A stretch of 64,000 nucleotides of DNA from Mobula hypostoma (lineage: Eukaryota), in NCBI RefSeq assembly GCF_963921235.1, contig NC_086108.1, positions 5,580,001 to 5,644,000 on the forward strand. Direction: 5' to 3'. The translations under genes and the position numbers were made by a program. The notes under the pieces were generated by a model, which made no database searches, was not told the DNA's origin, and saw only the letters and a program-made list of their open reading frames with translations. The number at the start of each line of letters is the position of its first letter. Within the stretch, counting starts at the first letter, position 1. Positions 1-12,236 of this stretch are shown here, one piece after another.

Positions 1-652
1 AGGGGAGGCTTCTTCACTCAGAGGGTGGTGCGAGTTGCCAGAGGAAGTGGAGGATGCAGATTCCATTTCAATATTTAAGATAATTTTGTACACAGTACAC
101 AGACGCAAGGGTCAAAGGGATTAGACAGAGTAACAATTCAGCATGAAATAGATGGGCCAAAGGGCCTGTGGCACTCTATCAGTCCATTGATGTAGTACAA
201 GGGAAAACCATATCAAAATGAATAACATATTACAGAGAAATATACAAAATTATGAGGTTTATAGATGGTAAATGCAAGCAGGTTTTTTCCACTGAGGTTG
301 GGTGGGACTACAACCGGAGTTCATGGGTTAAGGGTGAAAGGTGAAAAGTTTAAGGGAAACATGAGGGGAAACTTCTTCACTCAGAGGGTGGTGTGAGTGT
401 GGAACGAGCTGCCAGCGGAAGTGGTGGATACAATTTGGATAGGTACATGGATTGGAGGGGTACGGAGGTCTGTGGTCCTGGTGCAGGTCAATGAGACCAA
501 GTAGAACAACAGTTTGACATGGACTAGACAGGCTGAAGGGTCTGCCTCTGTGCTGTAATGCTCCATGACCCACGCTGGGGAAGACATTGAAGAGGTTGTC
601 ATCAGCAGTCTAAAGGACAGACAGGGAAACGATTTTGTGTTCTGCACATTAC

Positions 653-1165
653 CTTTGATCAGCTGCTGCAGGGCCGCGTATCTCTTGTTGCGAACGTTTG
701 TTCGAGCACTTTTCTTCTTTGATGACTTCCGCACCTCGTTGCAGTAGAAAGTTACTTCGTAGTTATCAGACAAGTGACTGAAGCAGACCAGGTGCTCCTC
801 TCTGATGATCTTGTGAAACCGTTCGAGGAAAACCACTGGCTTGCAGTAGAAAAGTTCCTTGACGATGGACAGCTTCTGGTCATAGCGCAGGTCAGGCTCG
901 TCCTTTTGTTGACTTTTGATCACAGCCTTGCTGCTAGAGATTGCATGGAACATACTGTTCAGTGAAGCGTCCATGGCGGCTTCCTCCTGAAGATCGGTCT
1001 GCTCCTCGATTGCTGCTGCAGAGGCAGGGGAACCAGGCTGATTCTGTGCTCCTTCATCTTTCGGGGTGTCTCGACCCTCATTAGGAATTACCAGCATCTC
1101 TTCAACCTGAGTATTTACTTCCTGAGTGACAGCATCTGGTGAAGAATCATCTTGCATTTGAAAAC
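653..1165 (-). CDS. CCDC97: CCDC97 coding exon 2 (513 nt, phase 1/1); gene continues left of the window
   Basis: Translation ...SMFHAISSSKAVIKSQQKDEPDLRYDQKLSIVKELFYCKPVVFLERF...EEHLVCF...NKRYAALQQLIKG matches recalled CCDC97 (KPLVFLERF...RNRRYAALRELIQG). Acceptor cccatag| at 1167-1166, donor AAG|gtaatg at 652-651. Confidence 0.9.
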
Positions 1166-1450
1166 CTATGGGTAATTTAATTTTCCTATTAATTAACCAG
1201 CTTATAAACATTTAGTTTTTAAGAAAATAAAGCCCAAAAGAGGTAGAAAGAATTCCGTCGGTACTGGAAATGCACTGAAAGCCAGTCACCATTTTGTGGA
1301 GTAAAGGCATTCGAAAGACTGGAATGGTCAAAACTAATCTCACTTTGGAACAGAACTCTATGGAAATTTAGTATTTGTTTTAATTTCCCTTCTAATTTTA
1401 ACCTGCCTTTCTGTATTAAATTGTCTAAATCTAGTATTTCCAATATAGAT

Positions 1451-1613
1451 AAAGCAACATACATCAAAGTTGCTGGTGAACGCAGCAGGCCAGGCAGCAT
1501 CTATAGGAAACGTCGACTGCGCCTCTTCCTATAGATGCTGCCTGGCCTGCTGCGTTCACCAGCAACTTTGATGTATGTTGCTTGAATTTCCAGCATCTGC
1601 AGAATTCCTGTTG
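1451..1613. mobile_element. Young fold-back Penelope-end insertion
   Basis: Perfect 58-bp inverted arms at 1452-1509 and 1526-1583; flanking direct repeat tttccaatatagat at 1437-1450 and 1614-1627. Confidence 0.8.
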
Positions 1614-3210
1614 TTTCCAATATAGATGGTTGGTTTGTTACTGCCTATTATGCCACTGGTGTTTAGGGCAGCCATGAAGGTCCTCCATCTCTGTCCTTGG
1701 CTATCTTCTCTATTGTGCCCCAGGTGTAGTTCAAGGGTCCTTATTTCTGCCTCTACATTATGGCGCCAAAATGGCATTGGTCTCCTGCATTTCCTCCGCC
1801 CTTCAGGGGTCCAATGAAATGCTGTTTCGATGATGGAGATGGCATTTCCAATCTAGATAAGACATAGGAGCAGTATTGCACCACTTGGCCCATCTAGTCT
1901 GCTTCGCCATTCCATCATGGCTAATTTGTTATCCCTCTCAAACCCATTCTCCTGGCTTCTCCATGTAACATTTGATGCTCTTACATACCAAGAATCTATC
2001 CACCTCTGTTCTAAATATACCCAATGGCTTGGCCTCCACAACCAATGTGATGAAATGTACAATTTAAATCTAAAAGTCAGGGAAACAAGTTATTATATCA
2101 ACATTAGATGATTACTTCTGTATCATTTTAACAGATTCGAAAGTCATTTATCAGAATAGTTTATTTATTGTCATAGAACATTAACCTTAAAATCCCATAC
2201 AGAGAAGTTTATTTCAGGCTTGGATCTAAAACCCCATATACTTAGGATTTGTTGAGAAGACACGCAAATGGCTTCTCCAATTATGTTCTTGATTTTGATG
2301 ATATTGTCCAACTGATTTAGATTACATTTGGTGTAATTTCCTTATGGTTTGCTTCATGCTGCTGTAACACTGATGCTTTCCTTCCTCTTAACATCCACTC
2401 CTGTCACTGGCTAGTGACTTTTACTTTGGTCTAGCTGATGCATTGCATTGTATAACCATCTATGGCAGTGAGTTCCAAAGATTCACCTCTGGCTAAAGAA
2501 ATTCCTCCTCATCTCAGTTCTAAAGGGATGTTCTTGTATTGAAGGGGTCCCAACCTGGGGCTCGCTTACTGGTATTGGTCCATGGCATAAAAGAGATTGG
2601 GAACCCACGTCCCATTCTGAGGCTGCACTCTCTGGTCCTCGACTCCCCCCCACCCCAACTACGAGAAATATCCCATCCATATCCACTCATGCCTTTAATA
2701 TTCGGCAGGTTTCAATTAAACCCCTCTCATTCTTATAAGCTCTAGCGAATGCAGGTCCAAAGCTGTCAAACCTTTCTCACACAATAACCATCTTGTGATG
2801 CCACGGCGCGTCTCTCAGTATTTGATTTCCTTTTTAACCAACAAAGCCATCCACCGCCTTTGCTCACCTGCCTGTCCTTTCACACAATGTCTGTCATTAG
2901 ATGTTAAGCTCCCAACTGTGATCTTCTTTCAGCCACGACTCAGAAATGCCCACAACGGGTAATAAACGTAATAGGCAGTAAGTCCAGATCCCATCAAACT
3001 GTTTTATTCGGGTTAGGGGAATTAACTAAACTTAAGGAAAAACAGTATAATATTTCTCCTAGTAATTTAACCTCGGGAATATGGAATAGTCATCCAAAGC
3101 CCAGCGTGGTACCGAACCGCGGGGCCTGACGATTCGGCTGTGAGCCGAGGCCTCGGCGCTGTCTCTAGGCCGCGCCCCTCATCCCCGCTAAACATGACCC
3201 ACGACTTTAC

Positions 3211-3244
3211 CTTCCGCAAGGTTCACACAATCTTTCCCGTCCAT
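3211..3244 (-). CDS. CCDC97: CCDC97 coding exon 1 (MDGKDCVNLAE-G, 34 nt)
   Basis: ATG at 3244 in GCGATGG context; donor AAG|gtaaag at 3210. The phase-1 end fits the phase-1 start of exon 653-1165. Lies in a CpG-rich stretch (about 3100-3270). Confidence 0.75.
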
Positions 3245-3959
3245 CGCCTCATATTTTACACACCGCTGGTTTCCATTTTGCTCCAAATAATAATTCAAGC
3301 AAAAGCGTTTTAATCCAAATGTTCATAATCCAGGATCTAAAGCACTACGGACAATTTCCGATCATCAAAGATTCCTCGCTTGGGAGAGCAAATGGCCGTT
3401 GAAAAGTTCCGGCCTCCAAGTAGATCCTTCTAAAATAAATCTCAATTAAGGAATTAAAAACAAATTCCTTAATTGAGATTTTTTTAAAGGATAGTGACAT
3501 CTGTTGTTTGACAATCTGTACAATTTCGCAATTGGCACATTTTCTGTCTTGAAAGAAAATCCCGTTCTTTTTATTGAAAGATAGTAGGGTCTGTGTACGG
3601 AAGGAAGCCATTTGCTCTTATTTTGTCCATAAGGACAAAACAAGCTTCGCGACTCACCCCTTTCCCCAGCACTAGTTTGTGCTCCATACTCACTCCGGTC
3701 CTCAAGATTTGACTGTCTATCCATCTCTGAACCCCCTGAGTGCATAGTATGAATAGATAGTCAGAATCTTTTCTACAGAACAGAGCTAGAGGACACAGGT
3801 TTAAGGTGGGAGCAGAGAGATAAAAATGCCGCCTTTTTTTTTCCTTACCCGAACTTTGTTGCCACAGTAATTGAATAGACTTTTAAATTATGGTTTTCAC
3901 CTCCCTCTTATCCAAAGGCACCACTATATTTATATGCTTAATTTTAGGTGATTGCTTGG

Positions 3960-4477
3960 TTAGAATGTCTGCCACTTGGAGAGGGTACAGAGAAGATTCA
4001 CTAGAATGATTCCGGGAATGAGAGGGTTAACATATGAGGAACATTTGTCTGCTCTTGGACTGTATTCCTTGGAGTTTAGAAGAATGAGGGGAGACCTCAT
4101 AGAAACATTTCGAATGTTAAAAGGCATGGACAGGGTGGATGTGGCAAAGTTGTTTCCCATGATGGGGGAGTCTAGTACGAGAGGGCATGATTTCAGGATT
4201 GAAGGGCGCCCTTTCAGAACAGAAATGTGAAAAAATGTTTTTAGTCAGAGGGTGGTGAATCTATGGAATTTGTTGCCACGGGCAGCAGTGGAGGCCAAGT
4301 CATTGGGTGTATTTAAGGCAGAGATTGATAGGTATCTGAGTAGCCAGGGCATCAAAGGTTATGGTGAGAAGGCAGGGCAGTAGGACTAAATAGGATAAAA
4401 TGGATCAGCTCATGATAAAATGGTGGAGCAGACTCGATGGGCCGAATGGCCTACTTCTGCTCCTTTGTCTTATGGTC
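3960..4477 (+). mobile_element. CR1 LINE 3' fragment (representative of about 20 similar fragments in the window)
   Basis: ERVQRRFTRMIPGMRGLTYEE..LGLYSLEFRRMRGDLIETF plus the CR1 3' UTR. Similar pieces at about 1-570, 2450-2950, 24845-25380, 29335-30375, 33735-34640, 36595-37157, 39163-41060, 58115-60400, 61015-61545 and 63863-64000. Confidence 0.85.
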
Positions 4478-4823
4478 TCCATTTCCTTTAACCCCAACGT
4501 GGGTGGGAATGTATACACATGCCTAGACCCTGCAGCCTTAACAGATGTTGTCCAATCTCAAGAAGAATGTCTGGCCTACAATTTGAAATACCTGTGTTAA
4601 AAGGTGTCAAGACCAAGAATGAATCAGAGACATACTTCTTTGATCCATTCCAATGCTAAAGTGATAGCAACTATCTCAGACGTGAATACCAATAACCTTT
4701 TCTTAATAGTCACCTGAAACTTTGGAACATAAACAGGAACACCTGAATGATCTGTCATTGGGATGTTCTGAGACAGCTGTATAGATATGCAAGAATCCAA
4801 AATATCTGCTTTGCATATATTGC

Positions 4824-4831
<8 letters not shown>

Positions 4832-4859
<28 letters not shown>
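4832..4859 (+). repeat. (GT)14 microsatellite
   Basis: Read directly from the sequence. Confidence 0.9.
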
Positions 4860-4863
<4 letters not shown>

Positions 4864-5110
4864 CCCCTTCTACCTATCATGTCTCAGCTTCTCACTTCAT
4901 CTCCACCCCACCCACCCGTCCACCTTCCCCTTATCTAGTTCCACCTATAACTTGAAGTCTCCCCCCAGCACCTTATTCTGGCTCCAAACCCACTTCCATT
5001 CCAGTCCTGATGAGGATTCAGAGCCCCAAACATCGACTGTTTATTTCTCTCTGGTGCTGCCTGACCTAAGTTCCTCCAGCATTTTGTGTGTCGTTTTGAA
5101 TTTCCAACAC
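4860..5110 (+). mobile_element. Penelope 3' fragment with degenerate hammerhead
   Basis: CAGTC CTGATGA ...CAAA CATC GACTG at 5002-5039 (GAAA mutated), followed by the family 3' end. Confidence 0.65.
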
Positions 5111-5719
5111 CTGCTCCTGAGTATTACTTTTGTTATCGGTGCTGCTTGTGGTATTCCGCTGAACACTGTTGGCGCAGGAATGTGTGGCAAAACTCACAGG
5201 CTGCCCCCACCCTTAGGTTGTTAATGTTCACAACCCCCTGACCTCGCTTTTTTCTTATCCTTTTACACTCACATGTTTTCATTCTCACCATCTCTCTATC
5301 TCCTTTCTCTTTCAGAAAGCATTCTCTGGACATAACAAATCACTACCCTTTATATAATTTAAAATATATCTCTCTCCAACTCCCACTCCAAGAGGAACAA
5401 CCATGGAGAAACAATATAAGCAGCGCATACAAAATGCAGTTGGAACTCAGCAGGCCAGGCAGCGTCTAGGAAAAGCGTCGAGGTTTCGGACCGGATTGAG
5501 GTCTGGTAAGTGAAGGGAGAGAGAAGCAGAGAGTGACAGAGCCGCGCAGTCAGCCCTTCTAGTATGGCTCAGGACTTGCCGAAGGGTTTCAGCCCGAAAC
5601 GTCGACTGTACTCTTTTCCATAGATGCTGCCTGGCCTGCTGAGTTCCTCCAGCACTTTGTGTTTGTTGCTCAGATTTCCAGCATCTGCAGATTTTCTCTT
5701 ATTTAGGAAACAATATGAG

Positions 5720-6500
5720 GACCCAGTATGATTGACAGTGGGTCTGGGGGCGGGTCCTAGATCCAGTGTGATTGACACAATGTACGGCCGTTGATTGATG
5801 TATGTGGGCGGGGTCTAGACCCAGTGTGATTGACAGCGTGGGGGCGATGATTGGCGGACGGGGGCGGATCCCAGACTCCAGTGTGATTGACAACGGGCGG
5901 GCGATGATTGACAGGCGAAGGTGGAGCGAATTCGCGTATCGGTAAAGAGGCGGGGGCGGGGCTGGAGGTTGCGTCACAGGGCAGTCCGTGCAGCGCGGAG
6001 TCGGCGGCCCCGTTTCACTGCAGCGCGACGTAGGTGTCGAAGTGACCGAGAAGCGGAGGAGAAGCGGGAGCGAAGCGAACCGGAGTGGGGGTACTGAGTG
6101 GACGGGGAGAGCTCACCGGAGAGGCCGTAATAGGCGCCTGAGGTGCGGCAGGGAGCTGGCTGAGTGGGAGGAGGATTGAGGGAGCGGCGTTTGGAGGCTG
6201 TGGCGGGCGGCTCAGGCCCGGCCTGGCTGCGTGGGGGAGGGGAGAAGGAGGGCGCTGCCGCCCCGTCGCTTAAAACTGTTTGTTGTTTTTTTTCTAGAAC
6301 CTTCTCGGCGTCGCTCGAACGGCTTTTGTACTTCTGTCTTTTTAAAAAGACCCTCGCCTTCCCTTTCCTCGGTCACCTCCCCAAAAATACTAACCTCTTG
6401 GCTGGCGTTTGGTCCTGTTTCTCATCGACATTTTTATATAAATCTCATTTTCTTTCCGGAAAGGAAATTGACGCTTTTCTCGCTGTTTGTTTATTTCTCT
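5720..6500 (+). promoter_or_regulatory. CpG-island promoter and probable non-coding first exon region of the SRSF5-like gene
   Basis: High CpG/GC content; several GGGCGG boxes (e.g. 5947-5961); TGCGTCA CRE-like site at 5970-5976; ATTGG (reverse CCAAT) near 5850; repeated TGATTGACA motifs at 5729-5914. Exon 1 boundaries are not determinable. Confidence 0.75.
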
Positions 6501-7928
6501 CTAAAAGGTTGATGATGTGTCTGAAATATTGTCTACTGGTTAACAGATTTCAACGTCTAAAGGTTTTTTTTTAAAAAAAGGACGAATTAAATCCTCTTCT
6601 ATATTCCTCCCTCGTTTAAGATAGCGAGTGGAATTGGTGAATTCTTTTTTTTCATCGGTTTTTTTTAAAAAGCGTGGTTTATTGTAGTAAAAGCTTATCC
6701 TTTAAGGTTTTATAATAGAATTTTGAGGTAACTATTAACTTCTACGTGTTTGGTGTTTTCTAGAAGGGTAGTCTTTTGGTAATTAGATTTTTTATATTTA
6801 GCGTGTTTTTTGTATTTTTAATTTTCTGGTATTTAGTTTTAATCCGTTTATGGCTACTAAAAATTTTAAATGAGTGAGAAAGAACATGGTTATTAAAAAC
6901 TTAATCCAGTTAAATTTGAACTGAGAAGGCGCTTGAAAAAAGGAAGTTTGATTTTTAAAAGCTTCGCCTTTCTTTCGGTTTAATGCTAATAATAACAGTT
7001 CAAGCTCCAGATCTGCATTGGAGAAATTTCTCCAAAGGTTTAGATTCCTGGCTGATAAATCCATAAGTAGCTTTCATCATTGTTCTACGTTTAATGGCTG
7101 CTTGGATGTGTTTATTGGTATAATGTCACCTGTCTTCATTGTTTTCAATGAAGTGTTGTCGTGAGGCTTTATAGATTGGGGCTGAGAGGGGAAATAGATC
7201 AGCTATCATGGGCCAAATAGCCTGATTCTGGACCATGCATTTGCTATTGCTGATCTGTCCCTTGGCAGAAGGCTGTTTGCCTCAATGTTAGGGTCAATTC
7301 CACCTCGTCTCTGCATATTTCCCAGTGCTATCTGAAGTGTGGACCAAACTGCCAGCACAAGTGGTGCATGTGAGCTGGATTTCAACTTTTTGAGAGAAGT
7401 TTGCATAGGTACATGGGTGGCAGGGGTATGGAGAGCTAAGGTCTGGGTGCAGATCGATGGGAGTAGGTCGTTTAAATTGTTTGGTATGGACTAGATGGGC
7501 CGAAGGGCCTAATTCTGTGCTGTAATTTGCGGACCAGTGTTACCAACAAAAGCTAGTTGTATACCATTCAGTTTTGTTAATTTTTAGCAATCACCAACGT
7601 GGTGTCTGTTCTTTAGTTATTGTTAAAATGTAATAAGGCAATTTGTCAATCTGACCTTCAGAAGTAACTATTTTAAAAAGCAAGACCACGTAACCAATGG
7701 GGTCATTTTGTATGATTTATAATGGGCAGGAAGGAACTCGGCAGGTCAGGCAGCATCTATAGAGGGGAATGAACAGTTGACATTACGGGCTGAGACTCTT
7801 CTTCAGGACTCATTGGTGCTTGTGGGCTGTTGGTCTGTGTACATGGCTTCAGTTTGATCCTTGGAAAATCCTGGGTCTTAATACTGGATTTCTATTACAA
7901 TATTTTTCAGAGCAGATAAAATTTCAAA

Positions 7929-8054
7929 ATGAATGGTTGCCGTGTGTTCATTGGTCGCTTGAGCCCTCAGGTGAGGGAGCGTGATGTGGAAAAGTTCTTC
8001 AAAGGTTATGGACGTATCCGTGAAATCGACCTGAAGAGAGGGTTTGGATTTGTG
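7929..8054 (+). CDS. SRSF5: SRSF5-like SR protein, coding exon 1 (RRM1 N-terminal part)
   Basis: MNGCRVFIGRLSPQVRERDVEKFFKGYGRIREIDLKRGFGFV. Acceptor tttttcag| at 7910 (18 nt of UTR precede the ATG); donor GTG|gtaagt. Confidence 0.93.
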
Positions 8055-10392
8055 GTAAGTATTTTGCCTTTGACATTTAAATTCAATGTGACTTGTTTGT
8101 TTCCTCCTCTGCTCATGTTGTGTAGCACTTAAGTGCCTACTGTCTATATAATGTGCCTTCTGGGGTGGGTGGCATTGTGGAGATGAAGAGGTGTGAGATG
8201 CTCCTTCCCTCCGCTAGCCTGCAAGTTGCCTTTGGGCAGTGAGTAGCACCACCAGCCCTGCCCCTGGCTCGGGGTCATGTGAAGCCATGGGAGCAGGTGA
8301 TGCAGATCACAAATCCTGGTTATGCCACCACTGATGCCAGGCAGACAATCTCTGAAGAGTATTGATAATGGCCAGGGTCACCTGTTTTGTAAAGACACTG
8401 CCCAGAAGGTGGCAAAGGCAAACCACTTCTGTAGAGAAGTTTACCAAGAACAGTTATGGTCATGAAAAAGCCGTGATTGTCTATGTGATTTGACACAGTA
8501 TATAATGAGCTAGCTGTATATGAATGTTGTTACTGTGTTTTGAACATTGTCCCCAAAGGCTGTATTCATGTATGGTTGAATGACAACTAAACTTGAATTT
8601 CAACATTTGCTGATTACCTTATTGCAGCTGCAGAGTGTATGTGTCAGTTGCCTTCAGTTTTGGGCTTTTCAAAGCATGTTTGGGTAATGCTGAGAGGGAG
8701 CCAGGAATTGTACTGTAAAGGACTTTAAAATGTAACTTTGACTTTCCCGAGTTTGAAAATGTAATAAATTTTCAAACACTCTGGGGAATGCAGATTTGAG
8801 AACAGTAGCAGAATAGATTTAGTGGGATAAAGGATAGCTATTCTGTAAAAGCCAGTTTGTAGTGGTTATCTGCAAGGGACTGTGATAGGACTAATGTTCA
8901 CAATAATAATTTGGACATTGCATTTCTTAATCCACAGATGCGATGTATTTTAAGACCATAAGCTTTAGGAGCAGAATTAGGCCATTTGGCCCATCATGGT
9001 TACTCTGCCATTTCATCATGGCTGATCCATTTTACCTCACAGCCCCAATTTTCTGCCTGAACTATGCCCAATCCCTTGGCCTCCCAGCTACTACCTGTGG
9101 CAACAAATTCCAAAGATTCGCTACCCTCTGGCAAAAAAAATACTTCCTCGTCTCCATTCGAAATGGACGTCCCTGTATCCTGAGGCTGTATTTTCGGAGG
9201 AAGTGGGCGAAGTACTGAGGAGCGATAAAAATGCAAATAGCAACTTCACTATTTGAAAATAGGCTGTAGCTTGCTTTTGAGGAACAATAAGGAGGTTGTG
9301 ATATTTACACCTAATGAGGGCCTTGTGCAAAAAAATTAATAAAATAATTCTCTAAAATATTATGGGTTAGAGCGGTCATTTTACAAATACACACTTTGAT
9401 ATTGAAAACAAAAGCTATGCTATGGCTGTATTGAACCTTGGTTAGTACCGTACTGATTGTTCAAAAGCAGTCCTCGTACAAGTGTAAAGTGTACTCTGAG
9501 ACATTGTAAGGCCTGTAGAGTGTACTGGTCTCAAATCTGCATTTCCCCAGATGTTTGAACATCTAGATAATGGTAACATTTACTGCAATGTCAGTTCATA
9601 ACAGGAAGTTTAAAAAAGACATCGCTGTGGGGAATTTTGTTAATGTGGTGCCCAATACCAAAGGCAGAGATTGTGATGATTACCAGTGCATTTAAAGGCT
9701 ACCCACACACAAAGAAGGGAATAGTCACCTTGATAGCGGTGTCAAATGATTGGAGGGGTGTTATGTAAAACAAACTCTAGAGTGGGCTGGAAGAGTTGGT
9801 TTCTACCGTTATAGATTAGTATTTTATTTCCCTTTCTCCCACCACCAATCTCTCAGTAATCTGTTTACTTGTGCTTTGACATTTTTAATTGGCTGCTACT
9901 GCTTTAACAAGCATTAATTGCAGCACGGGTTGTCTTGCTAGATTTTTGGTTTAGTGGTGATTCTCTTAATATGGTTTGGAAAAATCAATATTATGTAATG
10001 TCCTTGACTAGAATCGCTAGTGGTAAGTACAGGACAAAATCTGAAATGAGCATGATTTTACATAATGAATTTCACAATGAACAATTAATTGCAAGTAAAT
10101 ATTAAAGCAGTGGTATTTCACGTTTGTTGATTCCCATTCTAGAATAATTTCTGAGATTTTTGTCAATCACCTTTTAGTTCTATCGAAACTATCCAATTAA
10201 TTGGAACAAATGTGAGCTTCTAATACAATAAATCATTTTGTTTTACAACTAGGTTATTCTTGTTGACTTTTGTCCAAGTCAGATACAAAGTAACCCATCG
10301 GAACAGGAATACTATGTGAAGTACATCTGAGTTTGTTTCAATCAACGGTTGCTCTGTTTGAACAGCCTCATGGCTGCTTTTGTAACAGTTAA

Positions 10393-10647
10393 AGTGTGGC
10401 CCATCAGGCTGGTGCTTATGCCGGTTTCTGTGGCGTGAAGCGGCTGAGCACGAGAGACCCCCACCTGGATAGGACGCCAGTCTATTGCGAGGTTAACCTC
10501 CAGCATTTGCCGGTACCCGTTTTCAGCTGGGTGGACTGGAGCAGTGTGTGGTTAAGTGCTTTGCTCAAAGACAGAACATGCTGCCTTGCCCGGACTTGAA
10601 CCCACGACCTTCAGATCGTGAGCCCAATGCCCTAACCACTTGGGCTA
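10393..10647 (-). mobile_element. tRNA-derived SINE
   Basis: Minus strand: A box TAGCCCAAGTGG and B box GGTTCAAGTCC, followed by a SINE body (tttgagcaaagcacttaacc...gggtaccggc). Confidence 0.75.
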
Positions 10648-11594
10648 AAGAACAGCTTCACTGCATAAAACAGCATATCATCTTTCAAGGATGTCTCAAT
10701 TACCTCAGTAATTGCTTGCTTTTGCACAGTTAACTGTTTAAGTCCCATATTTAACTGACTTATTTAAAGTTCAGCACAAGCGTGGGATATATATTTGTGT
10801 CAGTCTGGTTGGTAAATGTTAATCAGATCGAAGTTTCACTTTGGGTTGGAAACACAAGTTAATTTTCCAGAAGTACAAAAGGTAAAGGAATATTGAATGT
10901 GCCATCACTTAATGGTATCAGTATTGCCAGGACCCTTAATGCCCTGGAGGTCATTCATTAGTGGAACTCCTGTGGGCCATCAATGTAATACAATTGCAGG
11001 AGCACATTAGAGACAATATCTGACATTAAGTGACTTTTGCCTCCTGACATTCGAAAGCTTTTCCACCATCGAAGTCACCATTTAGGGTGTGTTTGGATAC
11101 TTTCCACTTACCTATAAGTACAGAATTCTTATCAATCGTGGGAAATGTTTTTTTCTGATACTGCCACTCTAGATTTTTTGTCTGAAGTACTCAATTAGGG
11201 CACAGTTCAAAATGGCTCTGTTCATGTTTTATTCCATTTCCCAAGTGGTTCAGTGGTTGAGTAATTTTAGTGAATTATTTCACCTGATTTCTGATGTAGT
11301 ACAGCAACCATAGCAATTAAACTTCAAAGTTCTTAATTTTCTGTAAGCTATCATCGTTTCTCTTGATTTTTGCTGACCCTGAATTCTATTAGTTTGTTGA
11401 ATCAATTTGTGGGATCCATTTCAAGCATTGTGTTCTTTAGTTTCGAGGTAATTTTGAATTGGCACCCATCTGCAGGTTGCTTAACTTGATGGTTTCATTT
11501 ATTGCCATAGTCAAATTTGAATTTTCAGTTGTTAACATCAAAATCTGTTTTTATAAGCATTAACTAAAATGAAATCCTGTTGTCTTTATTTCAG

Positions 11595-11665
11595 GAATTT
11601 GACGATGCTCGGGATGCTGACGATGCAGTTTATGAGCTCAACGGGAAGGAATTGTTCCGGGAGCG
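11595..11665 (+). CDS. SRSF5: SRSF5-like coding exon 2 (71 nt)
   Basis: EFDDARDADDAVYELNGKELFRE-R; flanked by tttcag| and |gtaagt. Confidence 0.93.
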
Positions 11666-12236
11666 GTAAGTGCTTTAACTACTGCAGAAATCACAAACTA
11701 CCTTGTACTTCCTTCCTAAACCACTACCTTATTCTGGCTTCTTAACCCCTTCTTTCTGGCCCTAATGAGGAGAAACAGCCCCAAATATTGACAATTTATT
11801 ACCCTCCATTGACGCTGCCTGACCTGCTGAGTTCTTCGGCGTTTTGTGTGTGTTCGTATACAATTAATTTCATCAGTCTAGAAAAATCCTGATAGTGACA
11901 AATATTAAACTGGTAGAATTTGGGCATTTGCCACTTCAGTACAATGGCTGTTGCTCTAATCAACTGTTTGTATCTGCTTTGCATGTATTTTGTAGGACCA
12001 CAACCTCCCAGTTTAGCATTTGAGCACTTCAGAATGAATGGAGGAATGTCTGTGTTGAACTTGATCCTATGTTTGGTTATGGTTTGCATCCTGTATGTGT
12101 GCTGTTGATAGAATGCTATTTGATACTGAAAATTTATGCCTGGGAAAATTATTTTAATTAAATATTTCAAGGTATGTTGCAACTGGTTTCTATGTAGCAT
12201 TTCTCATTTGTTTTTTTTAACGAACCTCCTGTCTAG

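Noticed and set aside
381..652. C-terminal part of the 276-aa ORF as CCDC97 coding sequence
   Set aside because: Homology ends at the GT donor (652); the remainder is intron and CR1 tail. The ORF's first residues (1166-1211) are also intronic.
6164..6574. 136-aa ORF near the SRSF5-like 5' end
   Set aside because: Non-ATG start, no recognisable domain, and it runs from the CpG island into T-rich intron sequence.
9672..9780. C/D-box snoRNA in an SRSF5-like intron (GTGATGA)
   Set aside because: No suitably placed CTGA D box or terminal stem.
10585..10647. tRNA gene (Val-like CAC loop) on the minus strand
   Set aside because: A and B boxes are present but the stems are imperfect and the sequence runs straight into a SINE body, so it is a SINE head.
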